IMG/VR virus record: IMGVR_UViG_2541047853_000002
Strand: one strand, 5' to 3'
Origin: a virus
Taxonomy: Duplodnaviria; Heunggongvirae; Uroviricota; Caudoviricetes
DNA length: 17,819 bases
Shown: piece after piece, positions 1 to 10,137 of the stretch
Numbering within the stretch: the first letter of the stretch is position 1
Layout: every line of letters begins with the position of its first letter
Notes under the pieces: model-generated
Databases searched by the model: none
What the model saw: the letters and a program-made list of their open reading frames with translations, nothing else
Told to the model about the DNA's origin: nothing
Program-made: the position numbers and the translations under genes

Positions 1-1
1 T

Positions 2-742
2 ATGCCAACACCAAATCCTCTGGCACCGGTGAAAGGGGCCGGGACCACCCTGTGGGTTTATAACGGGAGCGGTGACCCTTATGCGAATCCGCTTTCAGAC
101 GTTGACTGGTCGCGTCTGGCAAAAGTTAAAGACCTGACGCCCGGCGAACTGACCGCTGAGTCCTATGACGACAGCTATCTCGATGATGAAAATGCGGACT
201 GGACTGCGACCGGGCAGGGGCAGAAATCTGCCGGAGATACCAGCTTCACGCTGGCGTGGATGCCCGGAGAGCAGGGGCAGCAGGCGCTGCTGGCGTGGTT
301 TAATAAAGGGGATACCCGTGCCTATAAAATCCGCTTCCCGAACGGCACGGTCGATGTGTTCCGCGGCTGGGTCAGCAGTATCGGTAAGGCGGTGACGGCG
401 AAGGAAGTGATCACCCGCACGGTGAAAGTCACCAACGTGGGACGTCCGTCGATGGCAGAAGATCGCAGCACGGTAACAGCGGCAACCGGCATGACCGTGA
501 CGCCTGCCAGCACTTCGGTGGTGAAAGGGCGGAGCATCACGCTGACCGTGGCATTCCAGCCGGAAGGCGCAACCGACAAGAGCTTCCGTGCGGTGTCTGC
601 GGATAAAACAAAAGCCACCGTGTCGGTCAGTGGTATGACCATCACCGTGAAAGGTGTTGCTGCAGGCAAGGTCAACATTCCGGTTGTATCCGGTAATGGT
701 GAACTTGCTGTGGTTGCAGGAATCACCGTCACCGACAGTTAA
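2..742 (+). CDS. V: Major tail tube protein V (complete, 246 aa) with C-terminal Ig-like domain
   Basis: ATG at 2-4. The translation closely matches my recollection of lambda gpV along its whole length, including the C-terminal Ig-like (Big_2-type) region ([12 protein letters not shown]...[12 protein letters not shown]...). It sits immediately upstream of G, as in lambda. Confidence 0.9.
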   Translation: MPTPNPLAPVKGAGTTLWVYNGSGDPYANPLSDVDWSRLAKVKDLTPGELTAESYDDSYLDDENADWTATGQGQKSAGDTSFTLAWMPGEQGQQALLAWFNKGDTRAYKIRFPNGTVDVFRGWVSSIGKAVTAKEVITRTVKVTNVGRPSMAEDRSTVTAATGMTVTPASTSVVKGRSITLTVAFQPEGATDKSFRAVSADKTKATVSVSGMTITVKGVAAGKVNIPVVSGNGELAVVAGITVTDS

Positions 743-757
743 TCCGGAGAGTCAGCG

Positions 758-1180
758 ATGTTCCTGAAAACCGAATCATTTGAATATAACGGTATGAGCG
801 TCACGCTTTCTGAACTGTCAGCCCTGCAGCGAATTGAGCATCTCGCCCTGCTGAAACGACAGGCAGAACAGGCGGGATCCAGTCTCAATCGACAGGTGAG
901 CGTGGAAGATCTCGTCAGAACCGGTGCTTTTCTGGTGGCGATGTCCCTGTGGCATAACCATCCGCAGAAGACAAAGATGCCGTCCATGAATGAAGCCGTT
1001 AAACAAATTGAGCAGGAAGTGCTTACCACCTGGCCCACAGAGGCAATTGCTCAGGCTGAAAATGTGGTAATGCGTCTGTCCGGTATGTCTGAGTTTGTTG
1101 TGAATGATGCCCCTGAACAGGCAGAGGACGCCGGGCCTGCAGAGCCTGTTTCTGCGGGAAAGTGTTCGACGGTGAGCTGA
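758..1180 (+). CDS. G: Tail assembly chaperone G (140 aa)
   Basis: 140-aa ORF in the lambda G position; start MFLKTESFEYNGMSVTLSELSALQRIEHL. RBS-like 'ggagag' upstream. Contains the slippery heptamer near its 3' end. Confidence 0.88.
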   Translation: MFLKTESFEYNGMSVTLSELSALQRIEHLALLKRQAEQAGSSLNRQVSVEDLVRTGAFLVAMSLWHNHPQKTKMPSMNEAVKQIEQEVLTTWPTEAIAQAENVVMRLSGMSEFVVNDAPEQAEDAGPAEPVSAGKCSTVS

Positions 1181-1596
1181 GTTTTGCCCTGAAACTGGCG
1201 CGTGAGATGGGGCGACCTGACTGGCGCGCCATGCTTGCCGGGATGTCATCCACGGAGTATGCCGACTGGCACCGCTTTTACAGTACCCATTATTTTCATG
1301 ATGTTCTGCTGGATATGCACTTTTCCGGGCTGACGTACACCGTGCTCAGCCTGTTTTTCAGCGATCCGGATATGCATCCGCTGGATTTCAGTCTGCTGAA
1401 CCGGCGCGAGGCTGACGAAGAGCCTGAAGATGATGTGCTGATGCAGAAAGCGGCAGGGCTTGCCGGAGGTGTCCGCTTTGGCCCGGACGGGAATGAAGTT
1501 ATCCCTACTTCCCCGGATGTGGCGGACATGACGGAGGATGACGTAATGCTGATGACAGTATCAGAAGGGATCGCAGGAGGAGTCCGGTATGGCTGA
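758..1596 (+). CDS. GT: G-T tail assembly chaperone fusion made by programmed -1 ribosomal frameshift
   Basis: Slippery heptamer G GGA AAG at 1156-1162 in the G frame (codons GCG GGA AAG). A -1 shift gives GGG AAA G and continues into the 1162..1596 ORF (VFDGELSFALKLAREMGRPDW...), which has no start of its own in the right context and ends 8 nt into H. This is the conserved lambda G/GT arrangement. Confidence 0.8.
1156..1162 (+). other. Slippery heptamer GGGAAAG for the G-T -1 frameshift
   Basis: Sequence 'gggaaag' read directly; the zero frame is G GGA AAG. Same heptamer class as used by lambda G-T. Confidence 0.75.
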
Positions 1597-4168
1597 ACCG
1601 GTAGGCGATCTGGTCGTTGATTTAAGTCTGGATGCGGCCAGATTTGACGAGCAGATGGCCAGAGTCAGGCGTCATTTTTCCGGTACGGAAACTGATGCGA
1701 AAAAAACAGCGGCAGTCGTTGAACAGTCGCTGAGCCGACAGGCGCTGGCTGCACAGAAAGCGGGGATTTCCGTCGGGCAGTATAAAGCCGCCATGCGTAT
1801 GCTGCCTGCACAGTTCACCGACGTGGCCACGCAGCTTGCAGGCGGGCAAAGTCCGTGGCTGATCCTGCTGCAACAGGGTGGTCAGGTTAAGGACTCCTTC
1901 GGCGGGATGATCCCCATGTTCAGGGGGCTTGCCGGTGCGATCACCCTGCCGATGGTGGGGGCCACCTCGCTGGCGGTGGCGACCGGTGCGCTGGCGTATG
2001 CCTGGTATCAGGGCAACTCAACCCTGTCCGATTTCAACAAAACGCTGGTCCTTTCCGGCAATCAGGCGGGACTGACGGCAGATCGTATTCTGGCCCTGTC
2101 CAGAGCCGGGCAGGCGGCAGGGCTGACGTTTAACCAGACCAGCGAGTCACTGACGGCGCTGGTGAATGCCGGTGTGCGTGGTGGTGAGCAGTTTGAGGCG
2201 ATCAGCCAGAGTGTGGCGCGTTTCTCCTCTGCATCCGGCGTGGAGGTGGACAAGGTCGCTGAAGCCTTCGGGAAGCTGACCACAGACCCGACGTCGGGAC
2301 TGACAGCGATGGCACGTCAGTTCCGTAACGTGACGGCGGAGCAGATTGCGTATGTTGCTCAGTTGCAGCGTTCCGGAGATGAAGCCGGGGCATTGCAGGC
2401 GGCGAACGAGGCCGCAACGAAAGGGTTTGATGACCAGACCCGCCGCCTGAAAGAGAACATGGGCACGCTGGAGACCTGGGCAGACAGGACAGCACGGGCA
2501 TTCAAATCCATGTGGGATTCGGTGCTGGATATTGGTCGCCCGGACACTGCCCAGGGAATGCTGGAGAAAGCAGAAAAGGCTTTTGATGAGGCGGACAAAA
2601 AATGGCAGTGGTATCAGAGTCGGAGCCACCGGCGCGGTAAAACCTCAGCATTTCTTGCCAATCTCCGGGGAGCATGGGAGGACAGAGCGAATGCGCAACT
2701 TGGGCTTTCAGCCGCCACGTTGCAGGCCGATCTTGAAAAGGCCAGAGAGATGGCAGCAAAGGACTGGGCCGAGTCTGAGGCATCACGGCTGAAATATACC
2801 GAAGAGGCGCAGAAGGCTTACGAACGGCTGCAGACGCCGCTGGAGAAATATACCGCCCGTCAGGAAGAACTGAACAAGGCACTGAAAGACGGGAAAATCC
2901 TGCAGGCGGATTACAACACGCTGATGGCGGCGGCGAAAAAGGATTATGAAGCGACGCTGAAAAAGCCGAAACAGTCCGGCGTGAAGGTGTCTGCGGGCGA
3001 TCGTCAGGAAGACAGTGCTCATGCTGCCCTGCTGACGCTTCAGGCTGAACTCCGGACGCTGGAGAAGCATGCCGGAGCAAATGAGAAAATCAGCCAGCAG
3101 CGCCGGGATTTGTGGAAGGCGGAGAGTCAGTTCGCGGTACTGGAGGAGGCGGCGCAACGTCGCCAGCTGTCTGCACAGGAGAAATCCCTGCTGGCGCATA
3201 AAGATGAGACGCTGGAGTACAAACGCCAGCTGGCTGCACTTGGCGACAAGGTTACGTATCAGGAGCGCCTGAACGCGCTGGCGCAGCAGGCGGATAAATT
3301 CGCACAGCAGCAACGGGCAAAACGGGCCGCCATTGATGCGAAAAGCCGGGGGCTGACTGACCGGCAGGCAGAACGGGAAGCCACGGAACAGCGCCTGAAG
3401 GAACAGTATGGCGATAATCCGCTGGCGCTGAATAACGTCATGTCAGAGCAGAAAAAGACCTGGGCGGCTGAAGACCAGCTTCGCGGGAACTGGATGGCAG
3501 GCCTGAAGTCCGGCTGGAGTGAGTGGGAAGAGAGCGCCACGGACAGTATGTCGCAGGTAAAAAGTGCAGCCACGCAGACCTTTGATGGTATTGCACAGAA
3601 TATGGCGGCGATGCTGACCGGCAGTGAGCAGAACTGGCGCAGCTTCACCCGTTCCGTGCTGTCCATGATGACAGAAATTCTGCTTAAGCAGGCAATGGTG
3701 GGGATTGTCGGGAGTATCGGCAGCGCCATTGGCGGGGCTGTTGGTGGCGGCGCATCCGCGTCAGGCGGTACAGCCATTCAGGCCGCTGCGGCGAAATTCC
3801 ATTTTGCAACCGGAGGATTTACGGGAACCGGCGGCAAATATGAGCCAGCGGGGATTGTTCACCGTGGTGAGTTTGTCTTCACGAAGGAGGCAACCAGCCG
3901 GATTGGCGTGGGGAATCTTTACCGGCTGATGCGCGGCTATGCCACCGGCGGTTATGTCGGTACACCGGGCAGCATGGCAGACAGCCGGTCGCAGGCGTCC
4001 GGGACGTTTGAGCAGAATAACCATGTGGTGATTAACAACGACGGCACGAACGGGCAGATAGGGCCACAGGCGCTGAAGGCTGTTTATGACGTAGCCCGTA
4101 AGGCGGCAATGGATGTTGTGACCGGGCAGATGCGCGATGGTGGCCTGTTCTCCGGAGGTGGACGATGA
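1589..4168 (+). CDS. H: Tail tape measure protein H (859 aa)
   Basis: Large ORF right after G-T. Long alpha-helical, Ala/Gln/Lys/Glu-rich middle, and a Gly/Ala-rich hydrophobic C-terminal segment (LLKQAMVGIVGSIGSAIGGAVGGGASASGG). Size is close to lambda gpH (about 853 aa). RBS 'ggagg' before the ATG. Confidence 0.92.
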   Translation: MAEPVGDLVVDLSLDAARFDEQMARVRRHFSGTETDAKKTAAVVEQSLSRQALAAQKAGISVGQYKAAMRMLPAQFTDVATQLAGGQSPWLILLQQGGQVKDSFGGMIPMFRGLAGAITLPMVGATSLAVATGALAYAWYQGNSTLSDFNKTLVLSGNQAGLTADRILALSRAGQAAGLTFNQTSESLTALVNAGVRGGEQFEAISQSVARFSSASGVEVDKVAEAFGKLTTDPTSGLTAMARQFRNVTAEQIAYVAQLQRSGDEAGALQAANEAATKGFDDQTRRLKENMGTLETWADRTARAFKSMWDSVLDIGRPDTAQGMLEKAEKAFDEADKKWQWYQSRSHRRGKTSAFLANLRGAWEDRANAQLGLSAATLQADLEKAREMAAKDWAESEASRLKYTEEAQKAYERLQTPLEKYTARQEELNKALKDGKILQADYNTLMAAAKKDYEATLKKPKQSGVKVSAGDRQEDSAHAALLTLQAELRTLEKHAGANEKISQQRRDLWKAESQFAVLEEAAQRRQLSAQEKSLLAHKDETLEYKRQLAALGDKVTYQERLNALAQQADKFAQQQRAKRAAIDAKSRGLTDRQAEREATEQRLKEQYGDNPLALNNVMSEQKKTWAAEDQLRGNWMAGLKSGWSEWEESATDSMSQVKSAATQTFDGIAQNMAAMLTGSEQNWRSFTRSVLSMMTEILLKQAMVGIVGSIGSAIGGAVGGGASASGGTAIQAAAAKFHFATGGFTGTGGKYEPAGIVHRGEFVFTKEATSRIGVGNLYRLMRGYATGGYVGTPGSMADSRSQASGTFEQNNHVVINNDGTNGQIGPQALKAVYDVARKAAMDVVTGQMRDGGLFSGGGR

Positions 4169-4494
4169 AGACCTTCCGCTGGAAAGTGAAACCCGGTATG
4201 GATGTGGCTTCGGTCCCTTCTGTAAGAAAGGTGCGCTTTGGTGATGGCTATTCTCAGCGAGCGCCTGCCGGGCTGAATGCCAACCTGAAAACGTACAGCG
4301 TGACGCTTTCTGTCCCCCGTGAGGAGGCCACGGTACTGGAGTCGTTTCTGGAAGAGCACGGGGGCTGGAAATCCTTTCTGTGGACGCCGCCTTATGAGTG
4401 GCGGCAGATAAAGGTGACCTGCGCAAAATGGTCGTCGCGGGTCAGTATGTTGCGTGTTGAGTTCAGCGCAGAGTTTGAACAGGTGGTGAACTGA
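4165..4494 (+). CDS. M: Minor tail protein M (109 aa)
   Basis: 109-aa ORF; its start overlaps the H stop (ATGA). Position and length match lambda gpM. Confidence 0.88.
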   Translation: MKTFRWKVKPGMDVASVPSVRKVRFGDGYSQRAPAGLNANLKTYSVTLSVPREEATVLESFLEEHGGWKSFLWTPPYEWRQIKVTCAKWSSRVSMLRVEFSAEFEQVVN

Positions 4495-5192
4495 TGCAGG
4501 ATATCCGGCAGGAAACACTGAATGAATGCACCCGTGCGGAGCAGTCGGCCAGCGTGGTGCTCTGGGAAATCGACCTGACAGAGGTCGGTGGAGAACGTTA
4601 TTTTTTCTGTAATGAGCAGAACGAAAAAGGTGAGCCGGTCACCTGGCAGGGGCGACAGTATCAGCCGTATCCCATTCAGGGGAGCGGTTTTGAACTGAAT
4701 GGCAAAGGCACCAGTACGCGCCCCACGCTGACGGTTTCTAACCTGTACGGTATGGTCACCGGGATGGCGGAAGATATGCAGAGTCTGGTCGGCGGAACGG
4801 TGGTCCGGCGTAAGGTTTACGCCCGTTTTCTGGATGCGGTGAACTTCGTCAACGGAAACAGTTACGCCGATCCGGAGCAGGAGGTGATCAGCCGCTGGCG
4901 CATTGAGCAGTGCAGCGAACTGAGCGCGGTGAGTGCCTCCTTTGTACTGTCCACGCCGACGGAAACGGATGGCGCTGTTTTTCCGGGACGTATCATGCTG
5001 GCCAACACCTGCACCTGGACCTATCGCGGCGATGAGTGCGGTTATAGCGGTCCGGCGGTCGCGGATGAATATGACCAGCCGACGTCCGATATCACGAAGG
5101 ATAAATGCAGCAAATGCCTGAGTGGCTGTAAGTTTCGCAATAATGTCGGCAACTTTGGCAGCTTCCTTTCCATTAACAAACTTTCGCAGTAA
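4494..5192 (+). CDS. L: Minor tail protein L (232 aa) with C-terminal cysteine cluster
   Basis: 232-aa ORF; start overlaps the M stop (TGATG). C-terminal Cys residues (CTWTYRGDECGYSG ... DKCSKCLSGCKF) are consistent with the Fe-S-binding C-terminus described for lambda gpL. Confidence 0.88.
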   Translation: MQDIRQETLNECTRAEQSASVVLWEIDLTEVGGERYFFCNEQNEKGEPVTWQGRQYQPYPIQGSGFELNGKGTSTRPTLTVSNLYGMVTGMAEDMQSLVGGTVVRRKVYARFLDAVNFVNGNSYADPEQEVISRWRIEQCSELSAVSASFVLSTPTETDGAVFPGRIMLANTCTWTYRGDECGYSGPAVADEYDQPTSDITKDKCSKCLSGCKFRNNVGNFGSFLSINKLSQ

Positions 5193-5197
5193 ATCCC

Positions 5198-5941
5198 ATG
5201 ACACAGACAGAATCAGCGATTCTGGCGCACGCCCGGCGATGTGCGCCAGCGGAGTCGTGCGGCTTCGTGGTAAGCACGCCGGAGGGGGAAAGATATTTTC
5301 CCTGCGTGAATATCTCCGGTGAGCCGGAGGCGTATTTCCGTATGTCGCCGGAAGACTGGCTGCAGGCAGAAATGCAGGGTGAGATTGTGGCGCTGGTCCA
5401 CAGCCACCCCGGTGGTCTGCCCTGGCTGAGTGAGGCCGACCGGCGGCTGCAGGTGCAGAGTGATTTGCCGTGGTGGCTGGTCTGCCGGGGGACGATTCAT
5501 AAGTTCCGCTGTGTGCCGCATCTCACCGGGCGGCGCTTTGAGCACGGTGTGACGGACTGTTACACACTGTTCCGGGATGCTTATCATCTGGCGGGGATTG
5601 AGATGCCGGACTTTTATCGTGAGGATGACTGGTGGCGTAACGGCCAGAATCTCTATCTGGATAATCTGGAGGCGACGGGGCTGTATCAGGTGCCGTTGTC
5701 AGCGGCACAGCCGGGCGATGTGCTGCTGTGCTGTTTTGGTTCATCAGTGCCGAATCACGCCGCAATTTACTGCGGCGACGGCGAGCTGCTGCACCATATT
5801 CCTGAACAACTGAGCAAACGAGAGAGGTACACCGACAAATGGCAGCGACGCACACACTCCCTCTGGCGTCACCGGGCATGGCGCGCATCTGCCTTTACGG
5901 GGATTTACAACGATTTGGTCGCCGCATCGACCTTCGTGTGA
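5198..5941 (+). CDS. K: Tail tip assembly protein K (JAMM/MPN+ plus NlpC/P60 domains); 247 aa from the first ATG, alternative internal start at 5342 gives 199 aa
   Basis: JAMM-type motif H-S-H-x7-S-x2-D (VALVHSHPGGLPWLSEAD) with an upstream Glu (PAESCG) that exists only in the longer form. C-terminal NlpC/P60-like Cys/His (GVTDCYTLF ... NHAAIY). The 3' end overlaps I out of frame. Confidence 0.85.
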   Translation: MTQTESAILAHARRCAPAESCGFVVSTPEGERYFPCVNISGEPEAYFRMSPEDWLQAEMQGEIVALVHSHPGGLPWLSEADRRLQVQSDLPWWLVCRGTIHKFRCVPHLTGRRFEHGVTDCYTLFRDAYHLAGIEMPDFYREDDWWRNGQNLYLDNLEATGLYQVPLSAAQPGDVLLCCFGSSVPNHAAIYCGDGELLHHIPEQLSKRERYTDKWQRRTHSLWRHRAWRASAFTGIYNDLVAASTFV

Positions 5942-6510
5942 AAACGGGGGCTGAAGCCATCCGGGCACTGGCCACACAGCTCCCGGCGTTTCGTCAGAAA
6001 CTGAGCGACGGCTGGTATCAGGTACGGATTGCCGGGCGGGACGTCAGCACGTCCGGGTTAACGGCGCAGTTACATGAGACTCTGCCTGATGGCGCTGTGA
6101 TTCATATTGTTCCCAGAGTCGCCGGGGCCAAGTCAGGTGGCGTATTCCAGATTGTCCTGGGGGCTGCCGCCATTGCCGGATCATTCTTTACCGCCGGAGC
6201 CACCCTTGCAGCATGGGGGGCAGCCATTGGGACCGGTGGTATGACCGGCATCCTGTTTTCTCTCGGTGCCAGTATGGTGCTCGGTGGTGTGGCGCAGATG
6301 CTGGCACCGAAAGCCAGAACTCCCCGTACACAGACAACGGATAACGGTAAGCAGAACACCTATTTCTCCTCACTGGATAACATGGTTGCCCAGGGCAATG
6401 TTCTGCCTGTTCTGTACGGGGAAATGCGCGTGGGGTCTCGCGTGGTTTCTCAGGAGATCAGCACGGCAGACGAAGGGGACGGTGGTCAGGTTGTGGTGAT
6501 TGGTCGCTGA
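5839..6510 (+). CDS. I: Tail tip assembly protein I (223 aa)
   Basis: 223-aa ORF overlapping the 3' end of K in another frame. Hydrophobic Gly/Ala-rich C-terminal half (IVLGAAAIAGSFFTAGATLAAWGAAIG). Same length as lambda gpI. Confidence 0.88.
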   Translation: MAATHTLPLASPGMARICLYGDLQRFGRRIDLRVKTGAEAIRALATQLPAFRQKLSDGWYQVRIAGRDVSTSGLTAQLHETLPDGAVIHIVPRVAGAKSGGVFQIVLGAAAIAGSFFTAGATLAAWGAAIGTGGMTGILFSLGASMVLGGVAQMLAPKARTPRTQTTDNGKQNTYFSSLDNMVAQGNVLPVLYGEMRVGSRVVSQEISTADEGDGGQVVVIGR

Positions 6511-6528
6511 TGCAAAATGTTTTATGTG

Positions 6529-6548
6529 AAACCGCCTGCGGGCGGTTT
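6529..6548 (+). terminator. GC-rich hairpin followed by a short T-run between I and J (candidate weak terminator or attenuator)
   Basis: 'aaaccgcc' - tgcg - 'ggcggttt' forms a perfect 8-bp stem with a 4-nt loop, followed by 'tgtcattt'. Lies 19 nt after the I stop and about 20 nt before the J RBS. Confidence 0.35.
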
Positions 6549-6570
6549 TGTCATTTATGGAGCGTGAGGA

Positions 6571-9500
6571 ATGGGTAAAGGCAGCAGTAAGGGGCATACC
6601 CCGCGCGAAGCGAAGGACAACCTGAAGTCCACGCAGCTGCTGAGTGTGATCGATGCCATCAGCGAAGGGCCGGTTGAAGGTCCGGTGGATGGATTAAAAA
6701 GCGTGCTGCTGAACAGTACGCCGGTGCTGGACACTGAGGGGAATACCAACATCTCCGGTGTCACGGTGGTGTTCCGTGCCGGTGAGCAGGAGCAGACACC
6801 GCCGGAGGGGTTTGAATCCTCCGGCTCCGAGACGGTGCTGGGTACGGAAGTGAAATATGACACGCCGATCACCCGCACCATTACGTCTGCAAACATCGAC
6901 CGTCTGCGCTTTACCTTCGGCGTGCAGGCACTGGTGGAAACCACCTCAAAGGGGGACCGGAATCCGTCGGAAGTCCGCCTGCTGGTTCAGATCCAGCGTA
7001 ATGGTGGCTGGGTGACGGAAAAAGACATCACCATTAAGGGCAAAACCACCTCGCAGTATCTGGCCTCGGTGGTGGTGGGTAACCTGCCGCCGCGCCCGTT
7101 CAATATACGGATGCGCAGGATGACGCCGGACAGCACCACAGACCAGCTGCAGAACAAAACGCTCTGGTCGTCATACACCGAAATCATCGATGTGAAACAG
7201 TGCTACCCGAACACGGCACTGGTCGGCGTGCAGGTGGATTCGGAGCAGTTCGGCAGCCAGCAGGTGAGCCGTAATTATCATCTGCGCGGGCGCATTCTGC
7301 AGGTGCCGTCGAACTATAACCCGCAGACGCGGCAATACAGCGGTATCTGGGACGGAACGTTTAAGCCAGCATACAGCAACAACATGGCCTGGTGTCTGTG
7401 GGATATGCTGACCCATCCGCGCTACGGCATGGGGAAACGTCTTGGTGCGGCGGATGTGGACAAATGGGCGCTGTATGTCATCGGCCAGCATTGCGATCAG
7501 TCGGTGCCGGACGGTTTTGGCGGCACAGAGCCGCGCATCACCTGTAATGCGTACCTGACCACACAGCGCAAGGCGTGGGATGTGCTCAGTGATTTCTGCT
7601 CTGCGATGCGCTGTATGCCGGTATGGAACGGGCAGACGCTGACGTTCGTGCAGGACCGACCGTCGGATAAGGTGTGGACCTATAACCGCAGTAATGTGGT
7701 GATGCCGGATGATGGTGCGCCGTTCCGCTACAGCTTCAGCGCCCTGAAGGACCGCCATAATGCCGTTGAGGTGAACTGGATTGACCCGAATAACGGCTGG
7801 GAGACGGCGACAGAGCTTGTGGAGGACACGCAGGCCATTGCCCGTTACGGTCGTAACGTCACGAAGATGGATGCTTTTGGCTGTACCAGCCGGGGGCAGG
7901 CACACCGCGCCGGGCTGTGGCTGATTAAAACAGAACTGCTGGAAACGCAGACCGTGGACTTCAGCGTGGGTGCCGAAGGGCTTCGCCATGTACCGGGCGA
8001 TGTCATTGAAATCTGCGATGATGACTATGCCGGTATCCGCACCGGCGGGCGCGTGCTGGCGGTAAACAGCCAGACCCGGACGCTGACGCTCGACCGTGAA
8101 ATCACGCTGCCATCTTCCGGCACCACGCTGATAAGCCTGGTTGACGGGCAGGGGAGTCCGGTCAGCGTGGAGGTTCAGTCCGTCACCGACGGCGTGAAGG
8201 TGAAAGTGAGCCGTGTTCCTGACGGCGTTGCTGAATACAGCGTATGGGGGCTGAAGCTGTCGACGTTGCGCCAGCGCCTGTTCCGCTGCGTGAGTATCCG
8301 TGAGAACGACGACGGCACGTATGCCATCACCGCCGTGCAGCATGTACCGGAAAAAGAGGCCATCGTGGATAACGGGGCGCACTTTGACGGCGACCAGAGC
8401 GGCACGGTAAATGGTGTCACGCCGCCAGCGGTGCAGCACCTGACCGCAGAAGTCACCGCAGACAGCGGGGAATACCAGGTGCTGGCGCGCTGGGACACGC
8501 CGAAGGTGGTGAAGGGCGTGAGCTTCCTGCTTCGCCTGACCGTGGCAGCGGATGACGGCCGTGAGCGGCTGGTCAGCACGGCCCGGACGACGGAAACCAC
8601 TTACCGCTTCACACAACTGGCTCTGGGGAACTACAGGCTGACAGTCCGGGCAGTAAATGCGTGGGGGCAGCAGGGCGATCCGGCGTCGGTATCGTTCCGG
8701 ATTGCCGCACCGGCAGCGCCGTCGCGGATTGAGCTGACGCCGGGCTATTTTCAGATAACCGCCACGCCGCATCTTGCGGTTTATGACCCGACGGTACAGT
8801 TTGAGTTCTGGTTCTCGGAAAAACGGATTGCGGATATCAGGCAGGTTGAAACCAGCGCGCGTTATCTTGGTACGGCACTGTACTGGATAGCCGCCAGTAT
8901 CAATATCAAACCGGGCCATGATTATTATTTTTACGTTCGCAGTGTGAACACCGTTGGCAAATCGGCATTCGTGGAGGCTGTCGGTCAGCCGAGTGATGAT
9001 GCATCAGGCTATCTGGATTTTTTCAAAGGCGAGATAGGGAAAACCCATCTGGCTCAGGAGCTGTGGACGCAGATTGATAACGGTCAGCTTGCGCCTGACC
9101 TGACTGAAATCAGGACGTCCATAACGGATGTCAGCAATGAAATAACACAGACCGTCAATAAGAAACTGGAAGACCAGAGTGCGGCAATCCAGCAGATACA
9201 GAAGGTTCAGGTTGATACAAATAATAACCTGAACAGCATGTGGGCAGTGAAGCTGCAGCAGATGCAGGACGGACGCCTTTATATTGCGGGTATCGGTGCC
9301 GGTATTGAGAACACCCCTGACGGCATGCAGAGTCAGGTGCTGCTGGCAGCAGACAGGATTGCGATGATTAATCCTGCGAATGGCAACACAAAGCCGATGT
9401 TTGTTGGTCAGGGCGATCAGATATTCATGAATGAAGTGTTCCTGAAACGCCTGACGGCCCCCACCATTACCAGCGGTGGCAGTCCTCCGGTATTTTCCCT

Positions 9501-10068
9501 GACATCAGACGGAAAGCTGACCGCTAAAAATGCGGATATCAGTGGTAGTGTGAATGCGAACTCAGGAACGCTCAACAATGTCACGATTAACCAGAACTGT
9601 ACGATTAAGGGCATGCTGGAGGCGACCCAGGTCAGAGGGGATTTCGTTAAAGCTGTATCAAAAGCCTTCCCGAAAAAAGTCGGTACGTGGGGTAACACGG
9701 AAACACCAAACGGTACGGTTACAGTCACCATCAGCGATGATCATAACTTTGACCGCCAGATTATTATTCCGCCCATTATTTTTAACGGTATAGCGTATGA
9801 CGATCCGGGGAGCGGAAATAACCCAGGAGGCACGCGATACACGGGTTATGGTTTTGAAGTTCGCAAAAACGGCGTATTAATCGCATCCAGAGAAACTAAA
9901 GGGGCCATTCCCGGTAGTTACAGTGCAGTTATTGATATGCCTAGTGGTGGTGGTAGCGTCACTCTGGAGTTTAAGATTTTCCAGAAAGGCAATCAGGGGG
10001 CAGGCAATATCACCGACTGTACGGTGATTGTGACCAAAAAAGCCGCTTCCGGCATCAGTATTCGTTGA
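6571..10068 (+). CDS. J: Central tail fibre / host specificity protein J (1165 aa)
   Basis: Very large ORF after I with RBS 'gagga'. Fibronectin type III-like segment (about 8400-8700: ...[27 protein letters not shown]). Size is similar to lambda gpJ (about 1132 aa). The C-terminal 300 aa or so has lower GC than the rest. Confidence 0.93.
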   Translation: MGKGSSKGHTPREAKDNLKSTQLLSVIDAISEGPVEGPVDGLKSVLLNSTPVLDTEGNTNISGVTVVFRAGEQEQTPPEGFESSGSETVLGTEVKYDTPITRTITSANIDRLRFTFGVQALVETTSKGDRNPSEVRLLVQIQRNGGWVTEKDITIKGKTTSQYLASVVVGNLPPRPFNIRMRRMTPDSTTDQLQNKTLWSSYTEIIDVKQCYPNTALVGVQVDSEQFGSQQVSRNYHLRGRILQVPSNYNPQTRQYSGIWDGTFKPAYSNNMAWCLWDMLTHPRYGMGKRLGAADVDKWALYVIGQHCDQSVPDGFGGTEPRITCNAYLTTQRKAWDVLSDFCSAMRCMPVWNGQTLTFVQDRPSDKVWTYNRSNVVMPDDGAPFRYSFSALKDRHNAVEVNWIDPNNGWETATELVEDTQAIARYGRNVTKMDAFGCTSRGQAHRAGLWLIKTELLETQTVDFSVGAEGLRHVPGDVIEICDDDYAGIRTGGRVLAVNSQTRTLTLDREITLPSSGTTLISLVDGQGSPVSVEVQSVTDGVKVKVSRVPDGVAEYSVWGLKLSTLRQRLFRCVSIRENDDGTYAITAVQHVPEKEAIVDNGAHFDGDQSGTVNGVTPPAVQHLTAEVTADSGEYQVLARWDTPKVVKGVSFLLRLTVAADDGRERLVSTARTTETTYRFTQLALGNYRLTVRAVNAWGQQGDPASVSFRIAAPAAPSRIELTPGYFQITATPHLAVYDPTVQFEFWFSEKRIADIRQVETSARYLGTALYWIAASINIKPGHDYYFYVRSVNTVGKSAFVEAVGQPSDDASGYLDFFKGEIGKTHLAQELWTQIDNGQLAPDLTEIRTSITDVSNEITQTVNKKLEDQSAAIQQIQKVQVDTNNNLNSMWAVKLQQMQDGRLYIAGIGAGIENTPDGMQSQVLLAADRIAMINPANGNTKPMFVGQGDQIFMNEVFLKRLTAPTITSGGSPPVFSLTSDGKLTAKNADISGSVNANSGTLNNVTINQNCTIKGMLEATQVRGDFVKAVSKAFPKKVGTWGNTETPNGTVTVTISDDHNFDRQIIIPPIIFNGIAYDDPGSGNNPGGTRYTGYGFEVRKNGVLIASRETKGAIPGSYSAVIDMPSGGGSVTLEFKIFQKGNQGAGNITDCTVIVTKKAASGISIR

Positions 10069-10089
10069 AATTGTTATAACCCATATAAG

Positions 10090-10113
10090 GGCACCAGAAA
10101 TGGTGCCTTTTTT
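10090..10113 (+). terminator. Rho-independent terminator downstream of J
   Basis: 'ggcacca' - gaaa - 'tggtgcc' stem-loop followed by 'ttttttatt'. Confidence 0.6.
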
Positions 10114-10137
10114 ATTGCAGAAAAGCGAGAGGTAATT

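Noticed and set aside
165-395. 76-aa Arg-rich ORF in an alternative frame of V
   Set aside because: It lies inside the V coding region and has a low-complexity basic composition. Not supported.
2147-3777. Several 80-190-aa ORFs on both strands inside H
   Set aside because: They are embedded in the tape measure gene, have no ribosome-binding sites or recognisable motifs, and arise from high GC content.
4392-5204. 270-aa minus-strand ORF antisense to L
   Set aside because: It overlaps the whole of L, and the translation has no recognisable features. Antisense artefact.
7171-8919. 582-aa ORF on the minus strand, antisense to J
   Set aside because: It lies entirely inside the well-supported J coding region and is Arg/Pro/His-rich. 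This is the typical spurious reverse-frame ORF produced by GC-rich coding sequence. It has no RBS and no recognisable domain.
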